Source: Podarcis filfolensis (lineage: Eukaryota). From it: a stretch of 64,000 nucleotides of DNA. The notes under the pieces are model-generated. The model searched no databases. It was given only the letters and a program-made list of their open reading frames with translations, and was not told the DNA's origin. Shown one piece after another: positions 10,585-22,323 of the stretch. The position numbers and the translations under genes are program-made. Positions within the stretch are counted from its first letter, which is position 1; each line of letters opens with the position of its first letter. The stretch is from NCBI GenBank assembly GCA_964270895.1, contig OZ185435.1, one strand, 5' to 3'.

Positions 10585-13500
10585 CTACACCTGGAAGGGA
10601 TTGGGAAGGCAAAGGAAGTTATTTGGGAAGGGGGACAGTGACGAGAAAGACTGGGTCAAAGCAAAGCTCTTAATACTCCAGATTTTGTGCCAAACAAAGA
10701 TCCCACCTCCTGAAACCTTCAGTATTTATTTTTAAGCAAGTTTTAGGCCATTTAGCAATATCAGCTGACTACATGCAAAGGAGAATAAGGATCCTCCACC
10801 TCTAAAACCCATATGGAAGAGAACATTTTGACAGCTACAGCTGATGGAGGGGAAGAAATGCTGCATATACTGAAATTCCCCTTTCCAAGGCAGAAAATGC
10901 CCCCAGCCTTCTTTTGTGTGTGGCTAGCACACTGAAGCTAGAGATCTTTCACAGAATGCCTGCCATTGCTCTCTGTCCCTCCATAGCTTACTCCAGGCTT
11001 CCTCAACCTCGGCCCTCCATGTTTTGAGACTACAATTTCCATCATCCCTGACCATTGGTCCTGCTAGCTAGGGATCATGGGAGTTGTAGGCCAAAAATAT
11101 CTGGAGGGCCGAGGTTGAGGAAGCCTGGCTTACTCTCTCAACTTCTCATATTACTCTCTTCCCTCTTACCCTGAGATGACACTTTTTTTGGGGGGGGGGA
11201 GTCTACCCAAACATGGCCTTCTTTCTTTAATTTATAAATTTAAATTTCTCCCCTCAACCAAGGAACACGGGGCAGTTTACAGGATAGCCTTGCCTGATTT
11301 ATTTGGTCTGCCTTGTGTATGAGTTCCTGAAAGCCCAACTAGTTCGTATCAGTAAAGCCTTCCCAAACACAAAATCAAATTATTTTTGTACTAACTAGTC
11401 TCTGGCCAGGTAGCTCCTGGTGATGATAGTGCAGTAATACATATAGCTGCATTAAGAGACTGCAGATTCCTCTGGTTTCATGACACAGCCATTGACAATG
11501 CTCAAGTATCAACCAGGCTGTACCTTGTGTATCTGAGGTGGCAACTCATCTTCCAAGCTCTCCTCTGGCACAGGCTCTGGGTGCCGAGCAGTCTGGCCAT
11601 CTTCAGCCCACCCCCCAAGTGGCAGCCGAGCGAAGTGTGATGGGGCTCTGTGCACCATGCCAGGGTCTGTGGGAAAACAAAGAGGAAAAGAAAACCACCG
11701 GATGGGGCAGCCAAAGTTAAATGAGATCAGCTTGCTGCAAAATGTGTTTGGGGCTTCCAGTCTGCTCTGTTCCCCATTACCAGCCACCCAACACAGATAC
11801 AGTAGCTGGGTAGCAGTGGCGTAAGTGGAAATATAATATATTGCAAGTACTCTTGGTCTTTTTGCTCCCACCTGGTTCTCTAACCAAGTCCATTAAGCAA
11901 CACCCTACCCTGCCAGCTTTGGCCATGCCCCTTGTTGAAAGAAATAAGTATATTGATAGCTTTGTGACCAGAACAATGAAGAGTCTTGTGGCACATTTAA
12001 GACTAATAAATTTATTATGAACCATAGTCTACTCCATCTGATGAGGTATGAATATGTCATAAATTAGTCTTTAAGGTGCCACATGCTTTCATGGACTGAC
12101 ATGGTTACCCTTCTGGAAATTCATAACCAAAGAAAATTAAGCCTTCTGGAAATCAAAACTAAAGAAAATGAGAGCCCAAATCACAGAGAAAATGGTGCCT
12201 TCTGAAACGGCAGCAATGAAAGCAAAATGGATTTTTGAACTTCCCAAACTCATAATGCCACTCTTGTAGCACTGCTAGCCAGTGCTCCAAACCTGCTGAT
12301 CAGCAAGGAGTGAAGGCTTGAGAGTGTAGGCAGCACAGGCAAAGGCTTGCCTCTTACATATGATGCACTGGCCATGTCATCAAAAGGGTTCACCAAAACT
12401 GCCAAGCAGCATGTCAGACTGATATCTAATCTTTTTCTCTAGTTGCCCTGTAGTTAACAAGAAATGCCAGCATGTGTATGTGCAGGGTTTGGCAGGAAAT
12501 AAAGCCTTTTCTGGCTAAGGAATATAGAAGCACTGCGAGTTTGGCGTTCCTGAAACATACCTGAGACACCTCCATATCGACGCTGGAAGCCGGCTTGCAG
12601 AGCAGCTGTCTCATCACCAGCCTGGCGAGGCGAGGCGAAAGGATAGCTGGCTGAGCGGGGAATGGCACTGCTTGGGGTGCCCTGATGAGCATCGGGCTCC
12701 TCCTGGGCGCTTTCACCACTCTCATCACTCTCTCGCCGGTGCCACAAGTGCCGCTCAGGCTCCAACTGGGCATGCTGCTTGTGTAACTGAGAATGGCAGG
12801 GGGTATTAATGGGCAGCCAACTAGAACGCTATGGTGATATTGACGTGTGTCCCAAGCAAGCCCAGTTTGGGACTTGATACAATCCAAGTATCACAGGCCT
12901 CCACATAAATATCACATTTAAAGCCTTAATTTCACATGCTTCTACACAGGTCAATGAAAGTCATCACCTGCATCCATGCAAGTCTCGCTCACATCCTGCA
13001 AGCCTATAGACTCTCTATTCATCTTCAGTTGTGCACAAATTGTCATAAATCATGGCCCAGTGAAGGGGGCCTTTGCTCCCAGCCTGATTTCTGTATAATG
13101 AAGGGCCTATCTCTTAGGTTAGGAACTATATCACAGTACAGAGGCTTATTCAATCCTCCTTTGCTGTGCTCATTCAGGTACACATGTCTCAAGATGCAGG
13201 TCTACACATAACCTTCAGGGCCCATTGCAAAGGCCTGCATGATTCTTGATGCTCAGCTCACCTCATGCATGTAGAGTGCATGCAGACTCATCTCAGTAGA
13301 GGCATATTCTGAAAGGATCAGGCTCTGAAGCTGGCCCTCCCAGGCACTACTGCCAGAACTAGCTGTCCTGGCATCAACCCTGCAAGCCAGAAGGGAGAGA
13401 AGAGTCAAGTCAAGATGTGTTAGAAAAAGTGATTTGGAGTCCAGAAGGCACCTTCTTGCCACTCCACACCCCAATAGTATGATTGCAGCAGCTTTCCCCC

Positions 13501-16500
13501 CTCTGAGCCTAGAAAGGGTGACATCAACCATACCACCGCTGTAGCCGGCTAACTAAAAGTGAATGTTTAGAACACACAGCAATCTTTTGGGGAGCCTTGC
13601 AGAACTGGATAGCTTTCTGCTGTCCCTCATAACCTCAGCTCCAAACACAAGGAAACCCCAAGCCATGGGTGGGGAGCTTGTGACCAGTCTTTGCCACTGG
13701 CCATGCTAGTTGGCACTGATGGGAACTGGGAGTCCAATAGGAGAGAGGTAATAAAAGGCATAAAAAGCTCTTGCTGCTGCTTCAAAGGCACATCTAGGAG
13801 GCTGCCTCCTGCTCTAACACACAGTAATGTATAGCTGTGCTGGGAAAAGCCTCATGAAATAGTCCTCAGAGCACTCTGGGGCTTTTTCCTCTAGCCCCTT
13901 ACAACATGCAGCTTCTTACCCTGAGCCTGCCATTGTGCCAGGACCCCGATGTTGGGAACCTTCTGTGTGGGAACTCCTGTGGGTCGCCTGCGTTGACTGA
14001 AGAGGAGAGAAAGAACGCAGGGCAGATGCCACCTCAGACACAGCTGAGAGATGCCGCGAGGCCTGCCCATCACGGACTGCCTGGTAGCCCAGGACTGAGG
14101 AGCCTGCAATCACATTGGCAATCAGGCTATGTGGCTGCAGGGAGAGAACAGAGGAGGGAGGTGTGACCCAGGCAGGAAGATCCAATGTCTGCCCCATCTA
14201 TCTACATTTGACACTTCACCACCACAACTGAACTTTGCAAAGTTTGTGATTCTTGGGTGAAGCACGGTCTAGAAATTATATACTGTAATAAAAATAAATA
14301 ACTTCACCTCTGCCTTTGCAGTGTGGATCCTGAATTCTCTCCACATTTTGGAAAATTAGCCCACCCATCTCCAGCCCCCAGCAATTCAAATGCTTTCTAA
14401 ATGGTGACACTTGGAAGAGAAGATGCTACAGGTGTTGGGGGACTTTCTTATAGGAAAGACAAGTGATTCAGTGAGAAGGGGATTGTTAATCACATTAAGA
14501 GATCCTAAACACAAAAGGACCTTAGGTTTTTGATTGCAGTTGGATAAGTGAAATTGAAACAATGTAACCACAAGACACCAAGGACCTTCTGGGGGTGGGT
14601 GGGAGGGATGGTGCTTATTTATGTCTGACTTTATTTACATTTGAGTGTTATTTGTGCATCTTATTGAATAATATTGATTCCAATATCAATTCATATCAAC
14701 AGGAATCTCATTGATTCATCACAATTCCATTTTGCAACCTTTGAGTCTTCCGTAAGCTTAAGACTTTCACAATAAAAATATACAGAAAGAAAAGCAATAA
14801 TATATCCTAGGAAAAGGAATTGGGAAATAAAGGAGTGGGGAGAGAGGATGGGTAACGTGGAGACTCTGAAGGTGCCAACTTTTAGGGGAGTATGACTAAC
14901 TTTTGCTGAAGAGATAACAGGAGACAGAAGTAGCATGCTTGCAAGCGGAAGGTAGTCTAATTAGGTCACAATGAGACAGTGGCAGCCATACTACCATGGC
15001 ACTCAAATGACTCCACGGAGCCCAGAAGCCCACATAGAAACATTATCCCCATCCCACCAAAAAGAAACAGTTCACTGCAAATCTCTCCCTATGATAAACC
15101 AGGATTATGTCCTGTTCTACCACACACTAGTTCCCAGTACCTCTGATTCTGACTGCAAGGACTGAATGGAGGTGAAGAGGGCATTGTCAGGCAGGACAGC
15201 CTGCTGGGCCAGAGCCAGGCTGCTGTCGCGGTGCACACGTTCCTTAAGCAAGCCGATGAAAGCCGTGCTCTCCCGAGGAGGTTGCCAGTGTGGGTTGGTG
15301 ATAGCAAAGTGCATGAGGGACAGCTCCGTCTTGCCATCCTCGGCTTGTTGGTAAACGGAAGCCTCCGTCTTCCCGGCTGACATCCACTGCAAAACAAGAG
15401 AGGGACAGGGTGTTTTGTGCACACCATGCAGCTGCCTCAATGGGACTAGGAGCAGCCAGCAGACACAAGGGCACTGCAGACCTGACCTGCGAGCAGCACC
15501 ACAGCTGCATACTGGGGCAGGACAGGGGCACTGCAGGGTGTTTGTGACCCAGGACGAGGCAAGGCATGTCAGGTCCATGATGCTGCCCCTCACTGGGACC
15601 TACCGCAGGGTGTCCATGCCACCGCACATCCATCTGGGCAAAGGAGCAGGTATCTCCCACGCCCACCACCTCCACAGTGAAGTTGCGGAAGAAATCAATT
15701 ATCTCTAGAGCTTTGGGCCTCAGACAGAAGATGAGGATCAAGGGAGTCACAATGGGGCTGAGCAGCTCTTCCAGGATGAACACCTTAAGTAAAGGAGACA
15801 AAGGCATTAAGTTCAACAACTGCACGGGTGTCTATCACTTGTGAAACCACAGCACAGCCTCAAGACATGACTGCAGGCACTGGGGAGAATAACTGGGGGA
15901 AATACCAGGGATTCTTTCCTCCCACATGCCCTGGGGTCAGAGAACCTCCCCCATTTTGGGGGGAACTCTACGGACAATACATGCTTGGATCTAGTCAGGG
16001 TTTATGCAAAGGGCAGCTCTTATATGATTTCCTCCCACCCTACCCTGCCCCACCTCACCGCCTTGTACTGGAAGAGCTGGGAGAATTCATCTCGGGTTTC
16101 ATAGCGGTGGGCGTTGCCCTGCCAGTGGTCAGGCATGTAGTGGATGTGCGCCAGAATCACCCGAAGCAACTGCTCTGGGCAGAAGACCAGGTGCTGGTCT
16201 GGGATGAAGGATCTGCAAGACAGATGGGATAGGTGTCAAGGAGAGCTACATTCCTTCATAAAAGCAAGCAGACAGGCACTTTATGTTCTAGGGGTCCCCA
16301 GCCCCATGTTCCCTCTTCATGGAAAGATGAACACAGAGGAGTGTAGTGAGATAAACTATTTATGGGTCAGATACAGCAGGTTCAGCTTTAACAAACTGGT
16401 TCACTGTGGAGGAAGATGATAATTTCACACACTTCTGTACTTATTTAAATCCTTATTTGCAGTACAGAACTGTTCAGTCTGCCTTTGATAAAAGGGTAAT

Positions 16501-19500
16501 AAAATGTGTGATGCCTGTTTGCCTCTAAAGCAAGCTTGCAACAATTCCTCACAGACTCAGTGATCAGCCAGATTCCTAGATTCTGGATTTCTTAGACTCC
16601 TATTGAACATTAAGTCAGTGGCAGGTTACATCAATCAAAAATGTCAGAAGCTGATCAACTAGCAATTACAACATAGGAAGTATCAGGTTGATTTTTACTG
16701 CACATCAATATACAACACAGATAACTCTGTTTAACCAGCAGCTATACCTGCTTTACCACCCCCACTTTTGTTTCATCTCTCAGATATCAAACTGAGCTGA
16801 TGTTTCCAACTCCTTTTTTTCCTTTTCTGTCCGCTTACCCTAGTTTGTGACTCACCCCAGAGTATTACCTTCAAGCAGTGCCTGTCACATTCTTCATGGA
16901 CAGATAGAAGCTCTGCCCTTGCTTGATCCAGGCAAAAACTGAAAGGTAAGTCTAAGGTTGCACTATTCTAGAAAAACCAGGCTTTGCCTCGAACCATCGC
17001 AGGGGCCCTCTCATTGCAGATGTCACAGTTTAAACAACTCCAAGGCACCACCACCACTGAGATCACTAAACCAGGGAAGCAACCAGTTTTGCAGAGCTGA
17101 AAGACGTGGGTTGTTAAGCTTAATCAATTTCCTCAAGTGTCCTAGCTATCATTGCCACAGAAGGAAAAGGCAGCACAGGCAATTCATCTCCCAGTAACTT
17201 CCTCAGCAGAAAAACTTTTGTAGCTTAATGCAATTTTTGGTCAGCAGAATGCTTTTAATTTCCACCTATCAATTCTCTGATTGGGTGCTCCTCATAATAA
17301 TGGCAACCACCCCGTTGATGCCAAGACTCAGAGAACAAAAACAAAAACCCTTCTGTTCGCAGCCAATCTCAACTCACCTGCAGACAGTGACAGCCACACC
17401 CAGGATGGTGACTGTGGTGAGGACATGCTCCACAGCAAGCACGTCTTCATCATAAATTGTGAGGGCAATGAGGACAGCGAGGATGGAGCCAGCAAAGAAG
17501 GCCACATTCTTAGCCACGACAGTGAACAGAGGTGAAATGAAGCAGTTCATGTACTTGGAGGCTGGCTTGTAGCCCTTGCTGAGGCGCGAGTGCAACTCGT
17601 GGTCCAGCTCATTGAAGTGCCGCAGGTAGCAGCGGCCGTAGAGGGACCAGCAACGAGCCCCCAAGCTTCCTGGCTCTCGCTTCAGAATCTCTGTGTAACT
17701 GAAGAAGGCGTAGAGGATCTGCCAGATGAGGATGAGCGGACAGAGCAGAAAATTAGCAATGCCAATCCAGAGGATGCGGGCGCCCAGCTTTTCAGCCAGC
17801 TCCAGGCGGTTGCTGCCTCGCTTGTACTCGGCCTTGAGACTCCACTCGTTCTCAAAGAGTGAGCCAGGGCCCCAGAAGAAGATGAGCTCAAAGTTGTACT
17901 TGAGGCCACGCGTATAGAAGATTGTATCACCCAGTAGGGGGAGGTGGAAGCGCATAGGCAATAGCGACTTGTTCACCATGGCCACCATGTAGTTCTTGAA
18001 ACGCAGGATGCGGTGGTAGATGTCCAGTTCTGTCAGCTCCTTCTTATGAATGCAGATCTGGTGTTCCTTCTGGATTTGGACAATCCGTGCCTGCACCTCC
18101 TGCCATGTGTAGTAGGGCAAATTGGACTGCAGGCAAAGAGAGGGGTGGTGAGGTTAGTGCTGTGACAAGGCTAATCCTCTTGATGGGGATACACTCCTTT
18201 CTGAAGGAGCAGGTACACAACTTGGGGATAATTCTGGATCCACTGGTGTCACTTGAGGCTCAGGTGGCCTCAGTGGCATGGAGTGCTTTCCATCAACTTT
18301 GGTTAGTGGCCCAGCTGTGACCCCAACTGGACAGGGATAGCCTAACTTCTCTTGTCTATGCTCTGACAACCTCTAGGTTAGATTACTGCAATGCACATGG
18401 GACTGTCTCTGAGACATTTCGGAAACTTCAGCTGTTGCGGAATTCAGTGGCCAGGTTTCTCAACAAGGCAGGACAGTTTGAGCATATAACACCAACCTTG
18501 GCCTGACTGCACTGGTTGCCAATTAGTTCCTGGGCCCAATTTTGACATATAAAGCCTCAAACATCTCAGGACTGCAATACCTCAAGGACCATCTCTTCCC
18601 TTATGAACTAACCTGGACCCAGCAGTCATCATCTAAAGTGCTTCTTCATGTTTCCCCTCCACAAGAGGTCCAGAGGGTAGCAACATGAAGATGAGCCTTT
18701 GCTTTGGTGGCTCCCCATTTGTGGAATGCTCTCCACAGAGTGGTTCACCTGGCGCCATCATTATATATCTTTATGTGCCAGGCAAAAACTTTCCTTCATA
18801 TCCAGGCCTTTCGCCTTTAACTACCTGTGGCCTTTTAGAAGTGGGTAGGTTTTTGATGTATTTCTCCCCCCACCCCACAATGGTTTTGATGTATCTGGGG
18901 ATGGGGTTTTTTATCCATTTGGCTGTTTGTTTGTTGCTTTGAGTTGTCTTGGGAAAGAAAAAGTGACTAACAGATTTAACAAACAAAAACTTTCCCCACT
19001 CCTGAAAAAGGGGAAGGGAATTGGTTATGCAGAGACTCAACTTCTAACACTCTTGGGCAAGGACCAAATAACAAACACTGGCAAACCAGACAATGACAGC
19101 TGCGGAACATACTAGCCCTGCCACTCAACCAAGCAAGTCAGATTGAGCAACCATGGGATTAGCAGCAGACCAGAAAGATCAGCAGCAGTGTACAACTCTG
19201 GAGGAAGGTCAATAAGGGACAGAGGAAGATTCAGGGGTGGAAGATTTTTCCCTTAAAGGAGAAGAAGCAACAGGTCTTATCTGCAGGCTTCTCACTGCTT
19301 CGAAAAGAACATGAGACACTAAGAACTGAACTGTAGGATCAACCCAAATGTTATTCTGGGTCAAACCAAAAGTCATGTTGGGCCAGCATTCTGTCTTCAG
19401 TAACAGTCAGTCAAATGCTCCTGGGAAGGTTGCAAAAAAAAAAAAGTGGGGGCTGGATATGGAAGTACTGATTTGCTTGTAATCAGGTAATCAGAACTAT

Positions 19501-21899
19501 ATTGCTAAGGTGTCAACATTCCCTATCAATAGCACAGTGTGTAGATTTGTGCATGCATGTCTAACAGTTCCCAGAGCACAGCAGCTTACCATGGGAATCT
19601 TGAGAGCATTGATGTAAAAAGAGTGGATTTCCCAATAGCAGCAAATGTTGTAGATGAATTTAATCAGCCGATGGATCCAGAAGACCCCCGCAATCACCAG
19701 GATAGAGATGAGAAAGCCATTGGCCTGGATCCTATGAGAAAGATGGATTCACAGAAAGGAAGAAGCAGCTACCTCCCTTCTGGTCATTACAGTTCTTTCC
19801 AAAGCATGTGCCAACCCCTCCTTCTCAGATTGCTAGAATTCAGGCACTTCAGGTGGGTGCAAGGCTATGCAGTGCTGAGATGCATTAAACTGTACTAATG
19901 GGCATCTGGGCTGTAAAATCTGAGAGAAGATGGGTACAGCTACAAATGTGAACTCAAAGCTTTCTCTCACAGTTAATCCACAAGATTGTCTAGTATATTA
20001 AAAGTTCAGCTGGCTCGTCAAGGGCCCAACTTTATCACTGAGATTAGGTTAACGCTGGAGACCCCAGATTTGGCAGATATAGAAGCAAACATCTAAAAGC
20101 AGTTTTGACAGCAACACTCATCTTGCAAGAACTACATTTCCGAGCCTACAGCTATGATTGAGTGTGACTTAAAATGCAAAGTAGAGGATCTTCCACATCC
20201 AGGAAGCCTCTTGGATTTTAGACCCCACCAAGGTGGACTAGGATGTGGTCAAATTTAGGAAAGGATAGTCCTTGCTAACTTTACCTGGCACTGCACTCAT
20301 TGGGAGGCAGGAAGGCATCTGGCAGGGTCACCTTGACAGGGTCACTGGAATGCTGGCTGTGATTCACCAGCTTGTTAGCAAACAGGATATCGTAGTCAAC
20401 ACAGCTGACAAGGAATGTGGTGAAGGCCACAACAAAGATGAACTGCCTGTGAGAAGAGAAGATGTGTCACACTAGGAGGCACTCAGCCTTCCCCGCTCCC
20501 ATCTTCAAATTATCTGGGCTAGCAAAAGGCACCAGCTGTCTAAATCCTTCATACCAGAGACATCTTGCATAAAGAGAATCAGGAGTAGGATTTGTTTTCC
20601 TATCAACCTGAATGACAGGGAATTGGGGCCAGGGAAGGATCACTAGCTCCAGCAGGAAACCAGAACTCTTTTTTTCACCTCTGACAAGGTGCCCATGGAA
20701 ATACAATGAATGTCCACTTCCAATCCTGTTTTACTGGAAGAGACATGGAGTTCATACTCACATTAATTCAAAGATCTCACTGATGAGCATACAGGTGAAG
20801 CCATTCTTCTGGTGCAGGTTATAGACGTGAGGGATACAGTCAAAGAGAATTGCTCAGAATATTGGTTGCAGTGCCCACCCTTAGTTTCACCAGAGACTAG
20901 TCTCCCATGAGCAGGAAGCATCTCCTTTTCCAGTTCAACCTGCCATGCTATTAAGTCACGATTAGCCACCATCAGGAGGAAAGAATCAGTAACTTTCTGC
21001 CATAAAGAACTCCATTTGAGGGGGTGATTGCAAATCTCCTTGTATTGCTTTTGTTCCTGTCTGGCCTGTAAACCTGTATGGGTTCCAGAGGCTGGTTCTT
21101 GATTATGCTATCCTTTGTTCCTGAACAGATACTGAAAGGTCCTTTGCCTCTTGGAGTGTTTAATGGGCCACAAGGAACCTTGTAAAGGGTTCCCAGCTCT
21201 GCTGCAACCGAGCCCCACCCCCAATCCCGACAGCTGGGATACAACCATCCCTGCCCTTCAGGTAAGGATATACGAGAGAAAAAGAGGTCCAGATTCTCAA
21301 TGTGGTGCCAGGGAGCTGCAAGACAGACAAAGTGAAAAAAGAATCCTAAAATTCAACACACCAGAAAGAAGCCAGAGGGAGAAGGAGCTGTGACACAGCA
21401 TCCCATTGCACCATCCAAGCCCAATATTTTAAGAACAAAAATTTAAAGCTGAACCCTAAACACACTTTCTAGAGAGAAAGCCTTGCTCAATTTCGTGGGA
21501 ACTTAGTAAGAACATAAGACCAAAGGCCCGTCTAGTCCCACAGTGGCCAGTCACATGCCTCTGGGAAATCCACAAGCAATACAATAATGCAACTGCCTTC
21601 TCCTACTACTGCTGCTTCCCAGGAACAGGCATGCTTGAAAACATGCTGCACAGCAAATGCAGTTTCCCCAGAAACAGAGCCAGAATCCCACAATTCCACT
21701 TCCTGTTCAGATTAGTCTTTCACCAGTCCCAGGCACCATCAGCACTGATTTGTGGGGTGCCTGGCACCAAGGCTGGCCGCTCACAGCTGTACTCACATTT
21801 GCTGCCCTCGGCAACATGAACCATCAGGTCCTCTTCTCCTGGGGGAGAATCATTGTAGGAGGCCTCCAGCCGCTGATACTCTGTATCAAAGTGAGCCAT
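10585..21899 (-). CDS. ATG9A: Autophagy-related protein 9A (lipid scramblase), complete CDS 2553 nt / 850 aa
   Basis: Coding exons (minus): 21899-21797, 21315-21272, 20826-20762, 20446-20285, 19731-19590, 18126-17378, 16212-16059, 15783-15604, 15386-15141, 14134-13920, 13379-13262, 12786-12561, 11666-11524, 10590-10585 (GTG TAG). Peptides MAHFDTEYQRLEASY, SPWHHIENLDLFFSRVYNLHQKNGF, TWQEVQARIV...ELDIYHRILRF, VFILEELLSPIVTP and EDELPPQIHKV match ATG9A. All phases join. All introns are GT-AG except one AT-AC intron (20827-21271). Confidence 0.97.
10994..11127. mobile_element. hAT (Charlie-like) MITE
   Basis: 26-bp perfect TIRs CAGGCTTCCTCAACCTCGGCCCTCCA / TGGAGGGCCGAGGTTGAGGAAGCCTG and an exact 8-bp TSD GCTTACTC (10986-10993, 11128-11135). 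Degraded relatives occur near 8190-8350, 33150-33280, 33590-33730, 34220-34350, 48010-48128 and 58160-58270. Confidence 0.9.
18150..18740 (+). mobile_element. Degraded L2 LINE 3' fragment
   Basis: Contains tctaggttagattactgcaatgca (SRLDYCNA, typical of the L2 ORF2 C-terminus) and ctgcactggttgccaatt (LHWLPI). It lies just upstream of the large ATG9A exon. Confidence 0.7.
20827..21271 (-). other. U12-type (minor spliceosome) AT-AC intron of ATG9A
   Basis: 5' site |ATATCCTTAC, branch-like TTCTCTTTGAC (20849-20839), 3' site CCTCAC|. Splicing here yields the conserved ...FFSR|VYNLH... junction in frame. Confidence 0.92.
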
Positions 21900-22275
21900 G
21901 TTGTCACTGAGCTGGGCCTCATCCAACGTCACACAGGCTCTGAGGGGGGAAAAGACAGGGTAAAAAAAAAGTAGCATTTAAGACATAACTAGAAGGCATC
22001 AGTTGGGTTGGGAGACTCATTTCATTTTAGTTTTACCCTTAAAAGGAACTGGAAGCTTCTGGTGGGGACCAAATAACAGAGGGCAAGGAAGGAAAAGAGT
22101 GGAGAGAGGAAAGCAGCAGGAGACAAAACAGCACAAATTAAGAAGTAGGAAATAATTATTGGTGGTGAGAGCATTGCAGGAAACACTGCCTGATCATGAA
22201 ACATCCTGTCCAAACCTATTCTGGGTTTTGAGACTTTGCTTTACATCATATTTACAAACTGTTGTCTGCAACAAA

Positions 22276-22276
22276 G

Positions 22277-22323
<47 letters not shown>
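22276..22323. repeat. (GTT)16 microsatellite
   Basis: Direct reading; located in the ATG9A intron upstream of the ATG exon. Confidence 0.95.
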
